Shown here: piece after piece, positions 1 through 11,500 of the stretch
How positions within the stretch are numbered: position 1 is the stretch's first letter
Layout: each line of letters starts with the position of its first letter
DNA from: Lama glama
Taxonomy: Eukaryota
DNA: 64,000 nucleotides
NCBI GenBank assembly: GCA_028534125.1
Contig: CM052817.1
Span: forward strand, 41,542,001-41,606,000
Direction of reading: 5' to 3'
Notes under the pieces: model-generated
Seen by the model: only the letters and a program-made list of their open reading frames with translations
Database searches by the model: none
Told to the model about the DNA's origin: nothing
Translations under genes and position numbers: made by a program

Positions 1-100
1 TGTGGTTTGTTGGACTGAGGAACTGAATCTTTAATGTTATTCAATTTTAATTAACTTGAAGTGGAATAGCCACATATGGCTAGTGACTGCTGTGTACATG
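1..100 (+). mobile_element. MER3-like hAT-Charlie fragment (truncated by the window edge)
   Basis: gactgaggaactgaat...aatagccacatatggctagtg resembles the MER3 right half. Confidence 0.7.
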
Positions 101-689
101 CAACCTTAGATTCAAGCTCCCTATGCCTTTGGTCCACTGAGGGAATCTTTCTAAATGTTTATCAGTTTTATCGGACGCTAGACCTTTAAAATCTGGGCCA
201 AAACTAAAACTCAAGTTGCCTGTCACTCAAACTACAGAAAAGCCTCTTATCTAGGGCCCCTCCACTTTCAGCCACTACTGTTGATATTGGTGAATGAATA
301 AATCAGTGCTCAGGGCCTCTTGTCTCTATCACGAGCCATGTAACACTCTTCAAATTCCCAGTGGTTCAAAACAGGCTATTTTGTTTTCTTTTTTTGAGTA
401 AGAGGCTTTATAATCAAAATAATTATTTTTCACAAATGTCCAGGACTTGACTCTGTCATTTTCCCATAAATTCAATAAACTTAAAAGGAAATCCTTTCAA
501 TAAGGAAATATTTAATGTATGGATTCAATCATTTCATTTTCCACTTTTTTTGGTATACTAATTCAGATTTGTAGGCTATCATCTGTATAACCATTCTTGG
601 GGCTTTTGAGATTTCTTACAAATTCAGATTTTATTTCAGAGAGCTGCAAGAGAAAGAAGAATAACAAAGTCAAAGATTCTTTAAGATTT

Positions 690-901
690 TTAAAATATAA
701 ATAAAATATAACAAACAATAAACTTATACCATATAGCACAGGGAACTATATTCAATATCTTATAGTAACTTATGGTGAAAAAGAATGTGAAAATGAATAT
801 ATGTATGTTTATGTATGACTGAAGCATTATGCTGTACACCAGAAATTGACACAAGATTGTAAACTGACTATACTTCAATAAAATACATATATATACACAC
901 A

Positions 902-945
<44 letters not shown>
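690..945 (+). mobile_element. L1 3' UTR fragment with a (TA)n/(CA)n tail
   Basis: agcacagggaactatattcaatatct...gctgtacaccagaaattgacac...tatacttcaataaa, the same motif as the L1 3' ends at ~4150 and ~14800. Confidence 0.85.
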
Positions 946-1996
946 AAAGTCAATTGATACAAAATCTTATGCAATGGAACATAAAGTGGGGCTGGAAAAA
1001 AAATAACGTTTTAATTAAAGTCAATATATTCATGTTTAGGTGATTTCTGCCTTGTTCTCAAACCACAGGGTCTTTCCTTAGGTGTCTACTAGGTCGTTCA
1101 AAGCAGGTGCAGTAGAGGAGTCTGCCTTCTACAAGACAGAAATATCTCATCTTCATGATGAGTTCTAGATCTTAATTCTGCAACTGGTTGGAGTGGGATA
1201 GAATTTTAAAACAACTCCGAAACCACCCTGCTGGCGGAAATGGGAACTGCTGATATTAGAAGCAACGGGCAGCTTCAAAGTGCTCTCAGCTCAACCTATC
1301 AAACCTTAAACTTCTCTTTGCGACATGCTGGTGTCCCTTGGAAGTGTTACAAATTGAGCTTCAGATCAAAGGCAGTAGAAATCACAGCCCCGAAGGGTTC
1401 ATGCAACTCGAAGATGCAAGTTCCCTCACCAGGCAAGCCGTCTACCTCTGCATTATAAAATCATCCAAACATTACCAACAGCTCCAAGTTTCCCAATTCA
1501 TATTATTGACACCAGAATATGGTCTCCAGCTTCCATACAGCATTTGTCTCTGTGACCTTTTCAACTGTCAAAATTTGGGTATTGTGTCATTAATTTCTCC
1601 CATTTCTAACGAGTAAGATGAGTTAATGAAATTACATAGGCTTGACCCAATTTTAAAAGTCTGTGCATGTCCATATGTATGTATATCAGTGTTTATAGTG
1701 ATGGAAAACCTCCAGAAAGCAGGGCTGAAGTCCTATAAACACCAAAATTTTCTCTTAAATTAGTCCATTTTGGGAAAAGCTCTGTCACATGGTTCTTACA
1801 CGTAATTGCCTCACCTCTGAACTGCTGCATTCACATCTGGCCTGAACCCCCATGAGGGGGGGTTGGTTTTGACTGTAACCTGATGGCAGTTTGCCTGTGT
1901 TTCGAGTCTGAAAATGTAGTTGGCTTGTATTCTGAGTCCATGGGTTGGAAAGAACCATACCTCCTTCCTCGCTTCAATGACACTGAAGTGGAGCTA

Positions 1997-2001
<5 letters not shown>

Positions 2002-2037
<36 letters not shown>
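2002..2037. repeat. (TG)18 microsatellite followed by a GA-rich tract
   Basis: Seen directly. Confidence 0.95.
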
Positions 2038-2040
<3 letters not shown>

Positions 2041-2802
2041 GAGAGGGAGAGAAAGACAGAGAGACAGACTGACAGACAGACAATGGGTATGAGGCTGGGA
2101 CGAAGGGAATACGGGTGAATAAAATCACCTGCTACTCTCCAACTGTTCCTAGGACTGGATTTCTGATTGCCCTCACAGCAGTGTTTCAATGCCACAGATG
2201 GAAATGAGGACAAGATGAAAACCATGTTGTCACAAATGAAAGAAAATTGACAGCATTAAGGATGAAAGGAGGAGGACACTGCTTATTCTAACCTTGTTAA
2301 TTGTCAGCGACCTCCAGCTGACTCACAGAATAGATGTCTCTCTCCCTACTGGCTACAGATCAAAGACCCAGATAACCCTGGGCTTGACGCAAATCAAAGA
2401 AGGGTTTTCTTTCCACATCCTCTGGTGGGCCTGGAGAAAACAGGCATAATAATCCGGGTAGGGGAACTCTGAAAAGCAAAACCCAACACCTACTGGGAAT
2501 GATTACTGTATGTCGTATTTGCTCCTTTGAGGTTGGTAATGAATGTTCACTATAATTTAAAAAGTGACAGAAGACAGTTCATATCACAGTTTCTGTTAGA
2601 GGAGTCGCTTTCCCCATTCCTCATCTTTCCATAAACAGGGCTCTACTTCTACCCCACCTGCCAAGAGGGAATGGCAGTGGAGGACAGGTCCTGGGGTGAA
2701 AGTGCTTCTCATGGCTTCCCCAGGGGAAGAGGAGCACGGATCCTCGTGGTGAGAGTCAGAACTGGCCATTCACCAGTTGGTCCCTATTTCTCAGGGGGGA
2801 CA

Positions 2803-3575
2803 TGTTAAGACTGAAGATTATAGTCACTTGTGCTCTTTCGGGCCCTCTGAGCTGACTGGGATGTGGGGGAGGGCCGAATTTCCCACATGACAGTGTAGCA
2901 GGGATTGGAGGAAAAGGCTCTCAGACATACCCAACTCTGGTCCTGCACGCAGGGAATGCGGCTCTGGTGCACGCTCTGTGACGGAGTGTTGGAGCTGAGG
3001 AGGGAAGCCCCATAAAAAGACCCACAGAGCCCCCAAGCAGGGTCACTACTCTCCTGCCAGCACCATCCCCTTCCCTGGCCCAGAGGCTCTGTCTCACTTT
3101 TTGCCTCTGAAATGGCTTACTTACTCCTAAAATTCTATTGGTTCCCTGAGCTCACTTCTGATTGGTTATTTCCTTCACTCCTGAAGGTTATTACTCTCAC
3201 TTCTGATTGGTCCACTTTCCTAACTTCTGATTGGTCCTTTTGTAGTACTTCATTTGCATGGAGCTCACTCCTGATTGGTTATTTCTCTCACTCCTGATTG
3301 GTCCATTCCCCTCACTCCTGATTGGTTATTTCTCTCATTCCTGATTGGTCTGTTTCTACAAAGCTTGATCCTAGTTGGTCCTCTTCTGTTCTACTTTATT
3401 TGCATATGATATTGCAAAGTGTAAAACTGGCAACCTATAAAGGCCTGTGTAAACCTACCAACGGGGTCCAGAGCTTGGAGTGTTAACTCCTCTGGTTCTG
3501 CTGGCGAAATAAACCTGAGTTCTCCAACTCTTCTCTCGCCCAGATCCAGGTTGCTGTCACAACTGAGCTATAATG
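2803..3575 (+). mobile_element. ERV LTR (ERV1-like) with a tandem CCAAT array
   Basis: PPT-like AGGGGGGACA immediately before TGTTA at 2803. U3 array of CTGATTGG repeats, TATAAA at 3436-3441 and AATAAA at 3508-3513 give the U3-R-U5 order. Family not identified; 3' boundary approximate. Confidence 0.7.
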
Positions 3576-3982
3576 CCAACAGAGCAACATTTTAGCTACT
3601 GTCTCCATCTTTTCTTTTTAAAGGGAACAACTGATCCTATTGATAATGTGAAAAAAATGGAAGCTGAAAGTACACAGGTCAGCCCTCTTTTGATGAACCC
3701 CTTTTCAGAATTACCTATTCAAAACACACATTTTTCCCTCTTCCAGGGCCTCAGCTCACAGGACTGTCTCTGCACCACTTGGTGTTGGGCAGGGAAGCTC
3801 AGCTCAGGGGGAAAGACCTCAGATCCAAATACTGATCAAACGCTGCCATTATTAAAACTAATTTTTTTGCTCCTTGTCCTGTGCCTTTGGTTATTTTCCT
3901 CAAGTTTCTCAGAATTCTGAGGGACTACATACATTGACAGCTCTTTTGAAGTAGAAACATCTGAAGCAAAGTGAAAAAGGAC

Positions 3983-4302
3983 AACCATAGGTTTGTTTTT
4001 TATGTCTGTGAGTCTCTGTTTTGTAAATAAGTTCATTTGTGTCTTGTCTTTTTTTAAGATTCCACATGTGAGTGATTACGGGGTGGAGGGTGCAGAATTG
4101 GGAATTCGAGATTTGCAGATACTAACTTCTATATATAAAATAGATAAACAAGTCCATACTATATAGTACAGGGAACTATATTCAATATAGTAGTAACCTA
4201 TAATGAAAAGGAATATATGTATGTGTGACTGAAACATTATGCTGTGTGCCAGAAATTGACACAACATTGTAAACTGACTATACTTCAATTAAAAAAAAAA
4301 AA
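3983..4302 (+). mobile_element. 5'-inverted (twin-primed) L1 insertion
   Basis: 3983-4076 is antisense L1 3' UTR and 4077-4302 is its sense continuation ending in A12. Shared flanking AGGACAA at 3978-3984 and 4306-4312. Confidence 0.85.
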
Positions 4303-4314
4303 GGCAGGACAATT

Positions 4315-4740
4315 AGGGTGAGTCTACCACTACTTGAATCTCAGCTCTGACACTACCATGGCTCTGACCTCTGTTAAACCAGTTATTCTCCTTGATCAAT
4401 AAAATTGAGGATAATACCTGAGACCTTACCTCTCAGTGTGAAATGAAGACTCATTCATGGAAATGTATAAAATGCATTTAATAAATCGAAAAGCTAATGG
4501 TCTAGAACATTTACCTCGTGCTGTAAACATTTATAAGTGTTTTATGTGTAATAACTCAGGTAATCCTCACAACTCTGTAAAGTAGGTTCTGTGTTTTGTT
4601 CTTGTTTTACACATGAGGACATGGAAGCCCAGAGAAGGTTAATAGCTTGCCTAAGGTCATAAGAGACAGAGTTTGTATTCTAATGCAAATAGTCTGGCTC
4701 CAAGCCTTCAGTGCCTAATTCTCATGCTATACTCTCTAAT
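4315..4740. mobile_element. Two MIR SINE fragments in opposite orientations
   Basis: MIR core-like motifs (gaatctcagctctgacact...aaaattgaggataata; aatcctcacaactct...ttttacacatgaggac...cttgcctaaggtca). Confidence 0.6.
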
Positions 4741-5211
4741 TAATGACAAATGAATCTAGTTTTTTTAAAAATCATTTTTCCTATTAAAATGAGAGAATGA
4801 ATGCTTGAAGTTAGATACAGGTATGAGCAGTAGAGGAGTCTCAAAAACACCACCACGTGATAGACATGAGGGAGAATCTCTGATGACTAACTTTGTCATG
4901 TGCTTCCCACTGTCCCTTTCATCATCATTTTTATTGTTGTTTTTACCTAAGGCATGATCAGGACAAAAGTACTTATGAGTTGTAATTTAGGAAGGATGTT
5001 TGGATCATACAATCTGGTATACTTGAGAGGAAGGGATTTTAAAGACCGTTTAAGAGAAAATTAAGGCCCCCAGCAGGTGAAGGAACATAGCAAAGCACGT
5101 AAGCCCAGAGCTTAGTAAAGTCAGGGCTACAATCTGGGGTTACAGCAAATGCAACTTAAAAAATGAATATTATAACTCAAATTAAAAGTAAAACTCATAC
5201 CTTGAGGACAT

Positions 5212-5213
<2 letters not shown>

Positions 5214-5243
<30 letters not shown>
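5214..5243. repeat. (TG)15 microsatellite
   Basis: Seen directly. Confidence 0.95.
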
Positions 5244-5245
<2 letters not shown>

Positions 5246-5498
5246 CAAAAGAGCAAAAGACTTGTGGATTCTTAAATTTTGTGTGTTGTGGATCTAAATG
5301 TATAACCTGTGACACTGGATTTTTCCACTGTGATAATGTTTTAGCATTACTTGCTGGTATTCATTTGATAATAGTTCCAGATGCCTAATCTCCAGTTCTG
5401 AGACTGTGGACAACTGAGATATTATTGCTCTATATCATCAAGCACATCTCCCCTAAGTAAGATAAGCTTTTGTACAAGGTGAAGACTGTTCAGTAGTA

Positions 5499-5976
5499 CA
5501 GGCATAGCTCATTTCTGTGCTTCGCAGATACTGTGTTTTCCACAAATTGAAATTTTGTGGCATCACAAAGACACTGCATCACAAAGTCTGTCAGCACCAT
5601 TTTTCCAACAGCATCTTCTCACTGTGTCTCTGTGTCACATGCTGTCATTCTCACAATGTTTCAAAGTTTTTCACTATTATGTTTGCTATGGTGATCTGTG
5701 ATCAGTGATCTTTGATGTTACTGTTGCAAAAAGATTTTGACTCGCTGAAGGCTCAGAGATGTTTAGAATTTTTTAGCAATAAAGTGTTTTAAAAATTAAG
5801 GTCAGTACATGTTTTTAGAAATAATGCTAGTGCTTACTTAATAGACTACAGTTTAGTGTAAATATAACTTTTATATGCACTGGAACACCAAAAAAATGTG
5901 TGACTCACTTTATTGCTGTATTTACTTTATTGCAATGGTCTGGAACTGACCCCACAACATCTCCAAGATATACCTG
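5499..5976 (+). mobile_element. Non-autonomous Tigger1 derivative (TcMar), ~480 bp
   Basis: Termini CAGGCATAGCTC...GATATACCTG flanked by TA on both sides (5497-5498, 5977-5978); internal Tigger1 terminal motifs. Confidence 0.85.
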
Positions 5977-7211
5977 TACTAAATGATTTATAGGATGATA
6001 TGGATTTGTATTCAAGGTTCTTATTCTTAACCCTAATGTCCACCTCTTAACTTCTAATAGCTATAAAGTCTTATCCTAAGAGGTATTTCAAGGCAATTCC
6101 TCTGGCATAAGAACTGAGTCAGTGAATTACAAAAGAACTGACCACCCTTATCATATGGTGACCCAGTTATTATTCCTCAAGGACACATATCGCCCCAGCA
6201 GTAACTGGCGGTACCAAGATCTTAATGCAGGTCTTTTTGACCGCAGGGACCATGTTCTCTCCATGACGTTATGAAGGATTCCAGCACCAGTTTTTCCAAT
6301 AGTTCGTCATGTGGCTCTGGGCATACTCAACAGTTCAGTATATCACAGTCAAGATTCTTTTGGTTGCAATTTACAGACATGGACTCAAACTTGCTCAAGC
6401 ACAAGTGAGCTCATTATTGAGTTCACAGGGATAGTGCATGTAATCCAAGGACAGGAAGCACAGTTTAGCAGAGACAGGAGCGGAAACTGGAACACCTTTG
6501 GGAACAAGGCAGCTTCTCCTTAGTCTGCAAGGCTCAGTGTTCTATCTGTGCCAGATTCATTCTCTTGCTAAACTGCCAGAGGCCTATCTCTGTTAGTGTC
6601 AGGAACCCATCTCTGCTGGTGGGGGCCAATTTTCAGGGGACGGCATTATGAGTGGTGTCTGAATAGGTGTAAACCATAGCATGTCTACATTTCCTTATTT
6701 GGCAAATGGGAAGACTGGATTAGATAAAATAATAATTGATAGTAACAAAGTCCTTAGTCTGCTTCAGGCGCTTGGCAATATGATTGATATGGACAGGACA
6801 TGGTAACAAAGACAGATGAAATGAAATGATTGCCAAAATAGTGATACAAGCATCTAGAAAAAATATCTCCAAGTAGGAGATGTGGAGTTTTAACATGAAA
6901 TGCTAAAAGAGAGAGAGAGAGTAAGAAAATATGAAATAATTCAAGTTGAGTTTCTCAAGTTTGGGAGACAGGACTTTTTCCCTTATGGGTATATTTCAAT
7001 ATTGTTCCACGATGTTAATTATCTTTCATGCTATGTTGTCGGTAGGTTATGATGCTTCATTCATGATACCATGTGAAAACGTTCCACTCTGTGCCTAAGC
7101 TTTATTATCTTTTTTCAAATGCAGCAGTACTTCAACTTTTTCAAGTTTTGAAAATGCAGTCTTTCCCAATGAGAAGTAGAAGAGAATAGGGGAGGTGTTC
7201 AATTAAGCAAC

Positions 7212-7217
7212 TTTATT
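7212..7217 (-). terminator. Candidate distal BMP3 polyadenylation signal AATAAA
   Basis: Plus-strand TTTATT. On the minus strand there is TGTA ~50 nt upstream and a pyrimidine-rich tract downstream. Alternatives at 7101-7106, 8462-8467, 8522-8527 and 8727-8732. Confidence 0.45.
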
Positions 7218-8191
7218 TCCATACTGTATAGTGAAAAGCTCTCCATTACTGGAGGAAAGTGATACAAAGCCAGCAAAGCTTACACGTCAGTAGTGAAGCG
7301 TCTTTCACAGTTTCACTGCAATACGCCCCTTTAGTAACTGGACTAAAGAACCAAATGTCATTTTGCATGTAATAACTATAGTAAAAAGAATTTTTTCTCA
7401 TCATCTAAGGATGAAAATTATTACCATTATAGGAAGGCAACAGTCATTAAATAAATTAAAAGCATCTTTAAAGTTTTTCCATATACATATATAATATATA
7501 TTTTTTAAATTGCCATTGACTGTACAAGCATTCAGTTCTCAACTAAAACATTTACAGAAATGAAGGTGGAAAGCTGAAGGGAAGGCTTGGTTTTTTTAGG
7601 AAAAGGGGATCATTTAAGCACCTACAGACTACATTAAAATACAACTCTCAAGGGAAAAATGATACACAGAGAAGTCAGACTTACCCACGACACCTTGTTT
7701 AATCTCATATTTCATCTTAACACATCAAGTGTGCAAAGCTATTTTCTAACCCAACCTTGATTCAACCAAGTCAATATCCAGACATTACTTATGTGTTAGC
7801 ATGGAGAAAGACTAAACTGAATAATGTAATTATATAAAAATTATTCTAATATTCTATAATATTATACACATATGATTGTCTATGAAAATAATAAATGGGC
7901 AAAAAGGTTTTTGAGAAGTATTAAGGTAAAAAATCTTACATTAATGAATAAATGACCATCAGTTAGTACATAGCTAGGTGAGTGTAAAATGTGATCTGGG
8001 ATATTGTCGTCCTGAGATCTGGGGAGTCCGCTTTTCTAGTTGAAATTTTACAACCTCAAATCCTATAAATTGTATATTATTTATACAAGTTCCAACAAAA
8101 TACTTTGAAAATACTATATTGACATCAGCAGCCCCTGAATTTGAATTCAAGAGTTACTGAAAAAAAATCCATTTTCTAAGTGACTTAATTC

Positions 8192-8206
8192 TGTGTGTGT
8201 ATGTGA

Positions 8207-8239
<33 letters not shown>

Positions 8240-8250
8240 TATGTGTGTGT
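8192..8250. repeat. Compound (TG)n(GA)n repeat in the probable 3' UTR
   Basis: Seen directly. Confidence 0.9.
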
Positions 8251-10983
8251 AACATGTAGGAATGGGGGTGGGAAGGTGGTTGGAAAAGGGGAAGAGAAAG
8301 AGGCATGACTTAAGAAGTAGCATTATAAATATAATGTCTTTTCTCACTAATGCTGCTTTAATATTAGGAGATTTATAAAAAGTTTACGTAGTAATTATAG
8401 ACACTAGTACCCAACAAACTGCAAAATAGTCACTCAATTTTCCAACTGTTTCATGTACATTTTTATTAATTAAAATATTACCTCATTTACTTCAACCCTT
8501 AATACTGAAAAATAATCTTCCTTTATTTTTTGGGACTGAACTTTATACCTTAATATGTACCCAATGAAGTAGCAAAATGATGGTTACAAGGTCACTGACA
8601 AGTAACTACTGGTCAAAAAGTATTCGGATGGCTAAGAGACTATCTAAGCTCTTTCACTGTGTTAGAATTTTGTCATATCAATTGCTACTGAAGATGAAAT
8701 CTTAACTAGTTAAAAAATTGGAAATTTTTATTATTCAAAGTTTTTTTTTGTTTGTTTTTTTGGCTGCTGTAGGAATTAATCTGTAACAAGCAGGCATCAA
8801 TTCAAATTAAGAAAGGTAACAAACAGACATCTGGATAGAAGAAGGCTGAGAAGAAATACTGGGAAGTACTAGAGGTTTTGGCTGATATCTCTCTAAAAAA
8901 AACTAAATAAAGAATTTCACGCAATTTACCAAACGGAAAAAAAGTTTTCTTCACTGAAAGGTGCTATGACCAGGATAGGGCAGCCATACACTGGCTCACT
9001 TCTATGACATAATTTTGCTTTCAGATTTTTGATAAAATATATTAAAAATAATTTCACCCCTTATCTCATTTTGAATCTTTAACTTTATGCTACCAGAACA
9101 ACAACAACAAAAAATGAACTATAAGAAACCATAGTAACTCAGGCACCAGAACTTAATTCATTACTTAGAATAGGTGTGTCTCATTCATGGAGTCAACACA
9201 CACTTTGACCCAAAGTGTTAAAGAACTTTTTTTTCATGATCTTCTTTTAATGGGTTTCCAATAAGCTAGCACTACTACTTAAACCACAGAGAGTGCCACA
9301 CTCACTCAGAAACACTGACGAGTAGGATGGTTTCACCTTTGGTTTATGGACAGCGATGCTTACAGTGTTCTTACCCTACTGCTATCGTCTGTCCAAGAAG
9401 AGGTGTGTGACCTAGCCAGTATGCTAAACCCAAACTTTGGGTGGCAGAAGGACCTTTCTTCCAGGTCAACGAGTCAGCCTCTTCATTTTACCCGTGAGGA
9501 CACTAAAAACACACAATTAACATGTGTCTTTTACAAAATAGATGCTCAATTAGTATTTCTTAAATGACAACCCACCACTGATCACTAAAGGCAGAAACAG
9601 AACAAAGCCCCGTGTCTTCTGCTACTTCGCGGCCTCTGCAACGGCTCAGTTGTCTGTAGTCTGGCCAGACTGAGCTGAGAAAAGGATGAACTGTAGACAG
9701 AACACCAGCAACCCAGGGGCTGAAAAAGTCTCGGTCACACACACAAATACAATGAGCGAAAGATTTTTGGAACAATTTTTCAAGGGCAGCAGTGTAAGAG
9801 GAGATATTTATGACAAATGGAAATGGGAAAAAAAACCAAAGAAGTATCTATGTTTTAATCTCTTTCTTGGTGGGTAATTTCAGTGAGCTTTGCTGAAGTG
9901 TAGATTTCATGGCTGAGCCAAAAGCCTTGATCCGTGTGAAAAAGTGCCTGGACTTGTGATACTGAACAAGTGATTGTGATTAATCTCTAATCATCCATCT
10001 ATTTCTGAGCCTTGGAATCTGATGATTACTTTATAGCAAGTAAAGGCACATTAAGAAAATTAAAAGTTTAATTGAATTTTTGAGTTCAGTTTAAAAGAAC
10101 AAATGAAAGTAGTTGTGGAATAGAGGCACAGAAGAGGAAGCACATCTGGGTTTTCGAAAGTTGGGTTGCTGCTTCCCTTTCCTGGGAGGCCATGAAATGA
10201 AAACCTTGGTATTTCCCAATAAATGGCTGGGCCAAGTGGTAACTCTCTGCATATGCGCTTGGATCACTCTAGCCTTTTTGGTTAAGTTCTCATAATTGAA
10301 TGGTGCTTGCCAGAACATGAAATGAAAAAAAAAAACAAACAAAGAATCCTGTGCAGATTGAATAAAAAACCATGTTAAGCAAGCCTTCCTACAGAGGGCA
10401 CAGGCCCCTGCGACGTCTCCCATGTGTATATACCAACACTCAGCACACACTCTCCACTCAGCGCTTCCCACCACGATCCACAGAGAAAAACACAGGCAAA
10501 CAAGAGTCTCAACACATTTGAAGATAAACATCAAAGTGGATTGGATTATTTAGCACTTGCTGAGCTGCTCAGGAATCTAAGGCAATAAGCCTACTTTAAA
10601 ATATGAAATTATTCTATTCTCTATAAGCAGAGATAAATGATAAGCTATTGGTCTTTTTTTCCAATCTATTTTCAAAGCCCATTACAAAAATAAATCAGTG
10701 TGTTCTCCAACAGTTCTAACAACAGTTTGAGTGATTATTTTTCTTGTGTGATTAAAAAAAAAAAGAAACAGATGTCCATATTTACTAAAATCTTCCTTTT
10801 AGCTACATTCAGAAACAAATACAGTCCAGTTCTCCTTGGTGGAAATGATCAGAATATTTTTTGCTCATTCTCTTCTGACTATTAAAATTTTTTTTGACAT
10901 GAAATGCATTGGCAGTGCAAAAAAAAAAGTCCATAAAAATAACTAATGATTGAATTAAGCATTCACATGAGTTCTTTGCCAGG

Positions 10984-11175
10984 TTATCTGCAAGCACAAG
11001 ACTCTACTGTCATGTTTGGATATACTTTAAGTACCACATTCTTATTTTCATCAAAGAATAAGATGCTGAGCGAGGACATCTTTTCCGGCACACAACAGGG
11101 CTCAGGAATTCCAGGGACGACCCCCACTGCTCTCACTATACTCTGGATCGTAGCATGATTTGATGGCTTCAAAGA
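10984..11175 (-). CDS. BMP3: BMP3 coding exon 3 (cystine-knot C-terminus and TAA stop)
   Basis: Acceptor cttttcttttcctag|TCT. Translates [63 protein letters not shown], with the CC and CxC motifs of the TGF-beta family. Total CDS 325+911+192 = 1428 nt, 475 aa. Confidence 0.98.
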
Positions 11176-11309
11176 CTAGGAAAAGAAAAGGGAGAACATA
11201 CATTAGGTAGAATTGTATCCCCTCATCACTAAAATGTACATATCATGAACTTTATTTCAACAACTTAAGCCCTGGCACGTTACACATTCAGCCCAATCTC
11301 CATATCACT

Positions 11310-11500
11310 ATCACCAAAAGAGTTGTCATTTACTAAGTGTCTGCTATGTGCCAGGCGTGTTATATGTAGTCTTTCTAATCCTTATAACAAAACTACCATT
11401 TCTTACATTTTACAGGCAGAGAAACAGACTCAAAATGCTTAAACGACATATCTAAAGTCAGGTAGACACATAGAGTGAGGATTTAAATCCAGTTTTCTAA
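11310..11500 (-). mobile_element. MIR SINE
   Basis: atttactaagtgtctgctatgtgccaggc...cattttacaggcagagaaacagactca MIR core. Confidence 0.7.

Larger units (their letters stand above)
7190..10983 (-). other. BMP3: Probable long BMP3 3' UTR
   Basis: AU-rich, with no interspersed repeat recognisable by eye over ~3.8 kb after the stop codon, and several minus-strand AATAAA hexamers. The end point is inferred. Confidence 0.55.

Noticed and set aside
1223..1237. Minus-strand CTCF-like CCGCCAGCAGGGTGG
   Set aside because: Lacks the GGC core in the right register; a weak match.
3148..3405. ~23-bp periodic repeats resembling a CRISPR array
   Set aside because: The units are contiguous tandem copies without unique spacers, there are no cas genes, and the context is mammalian. 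An LTR U3 array explains them better.
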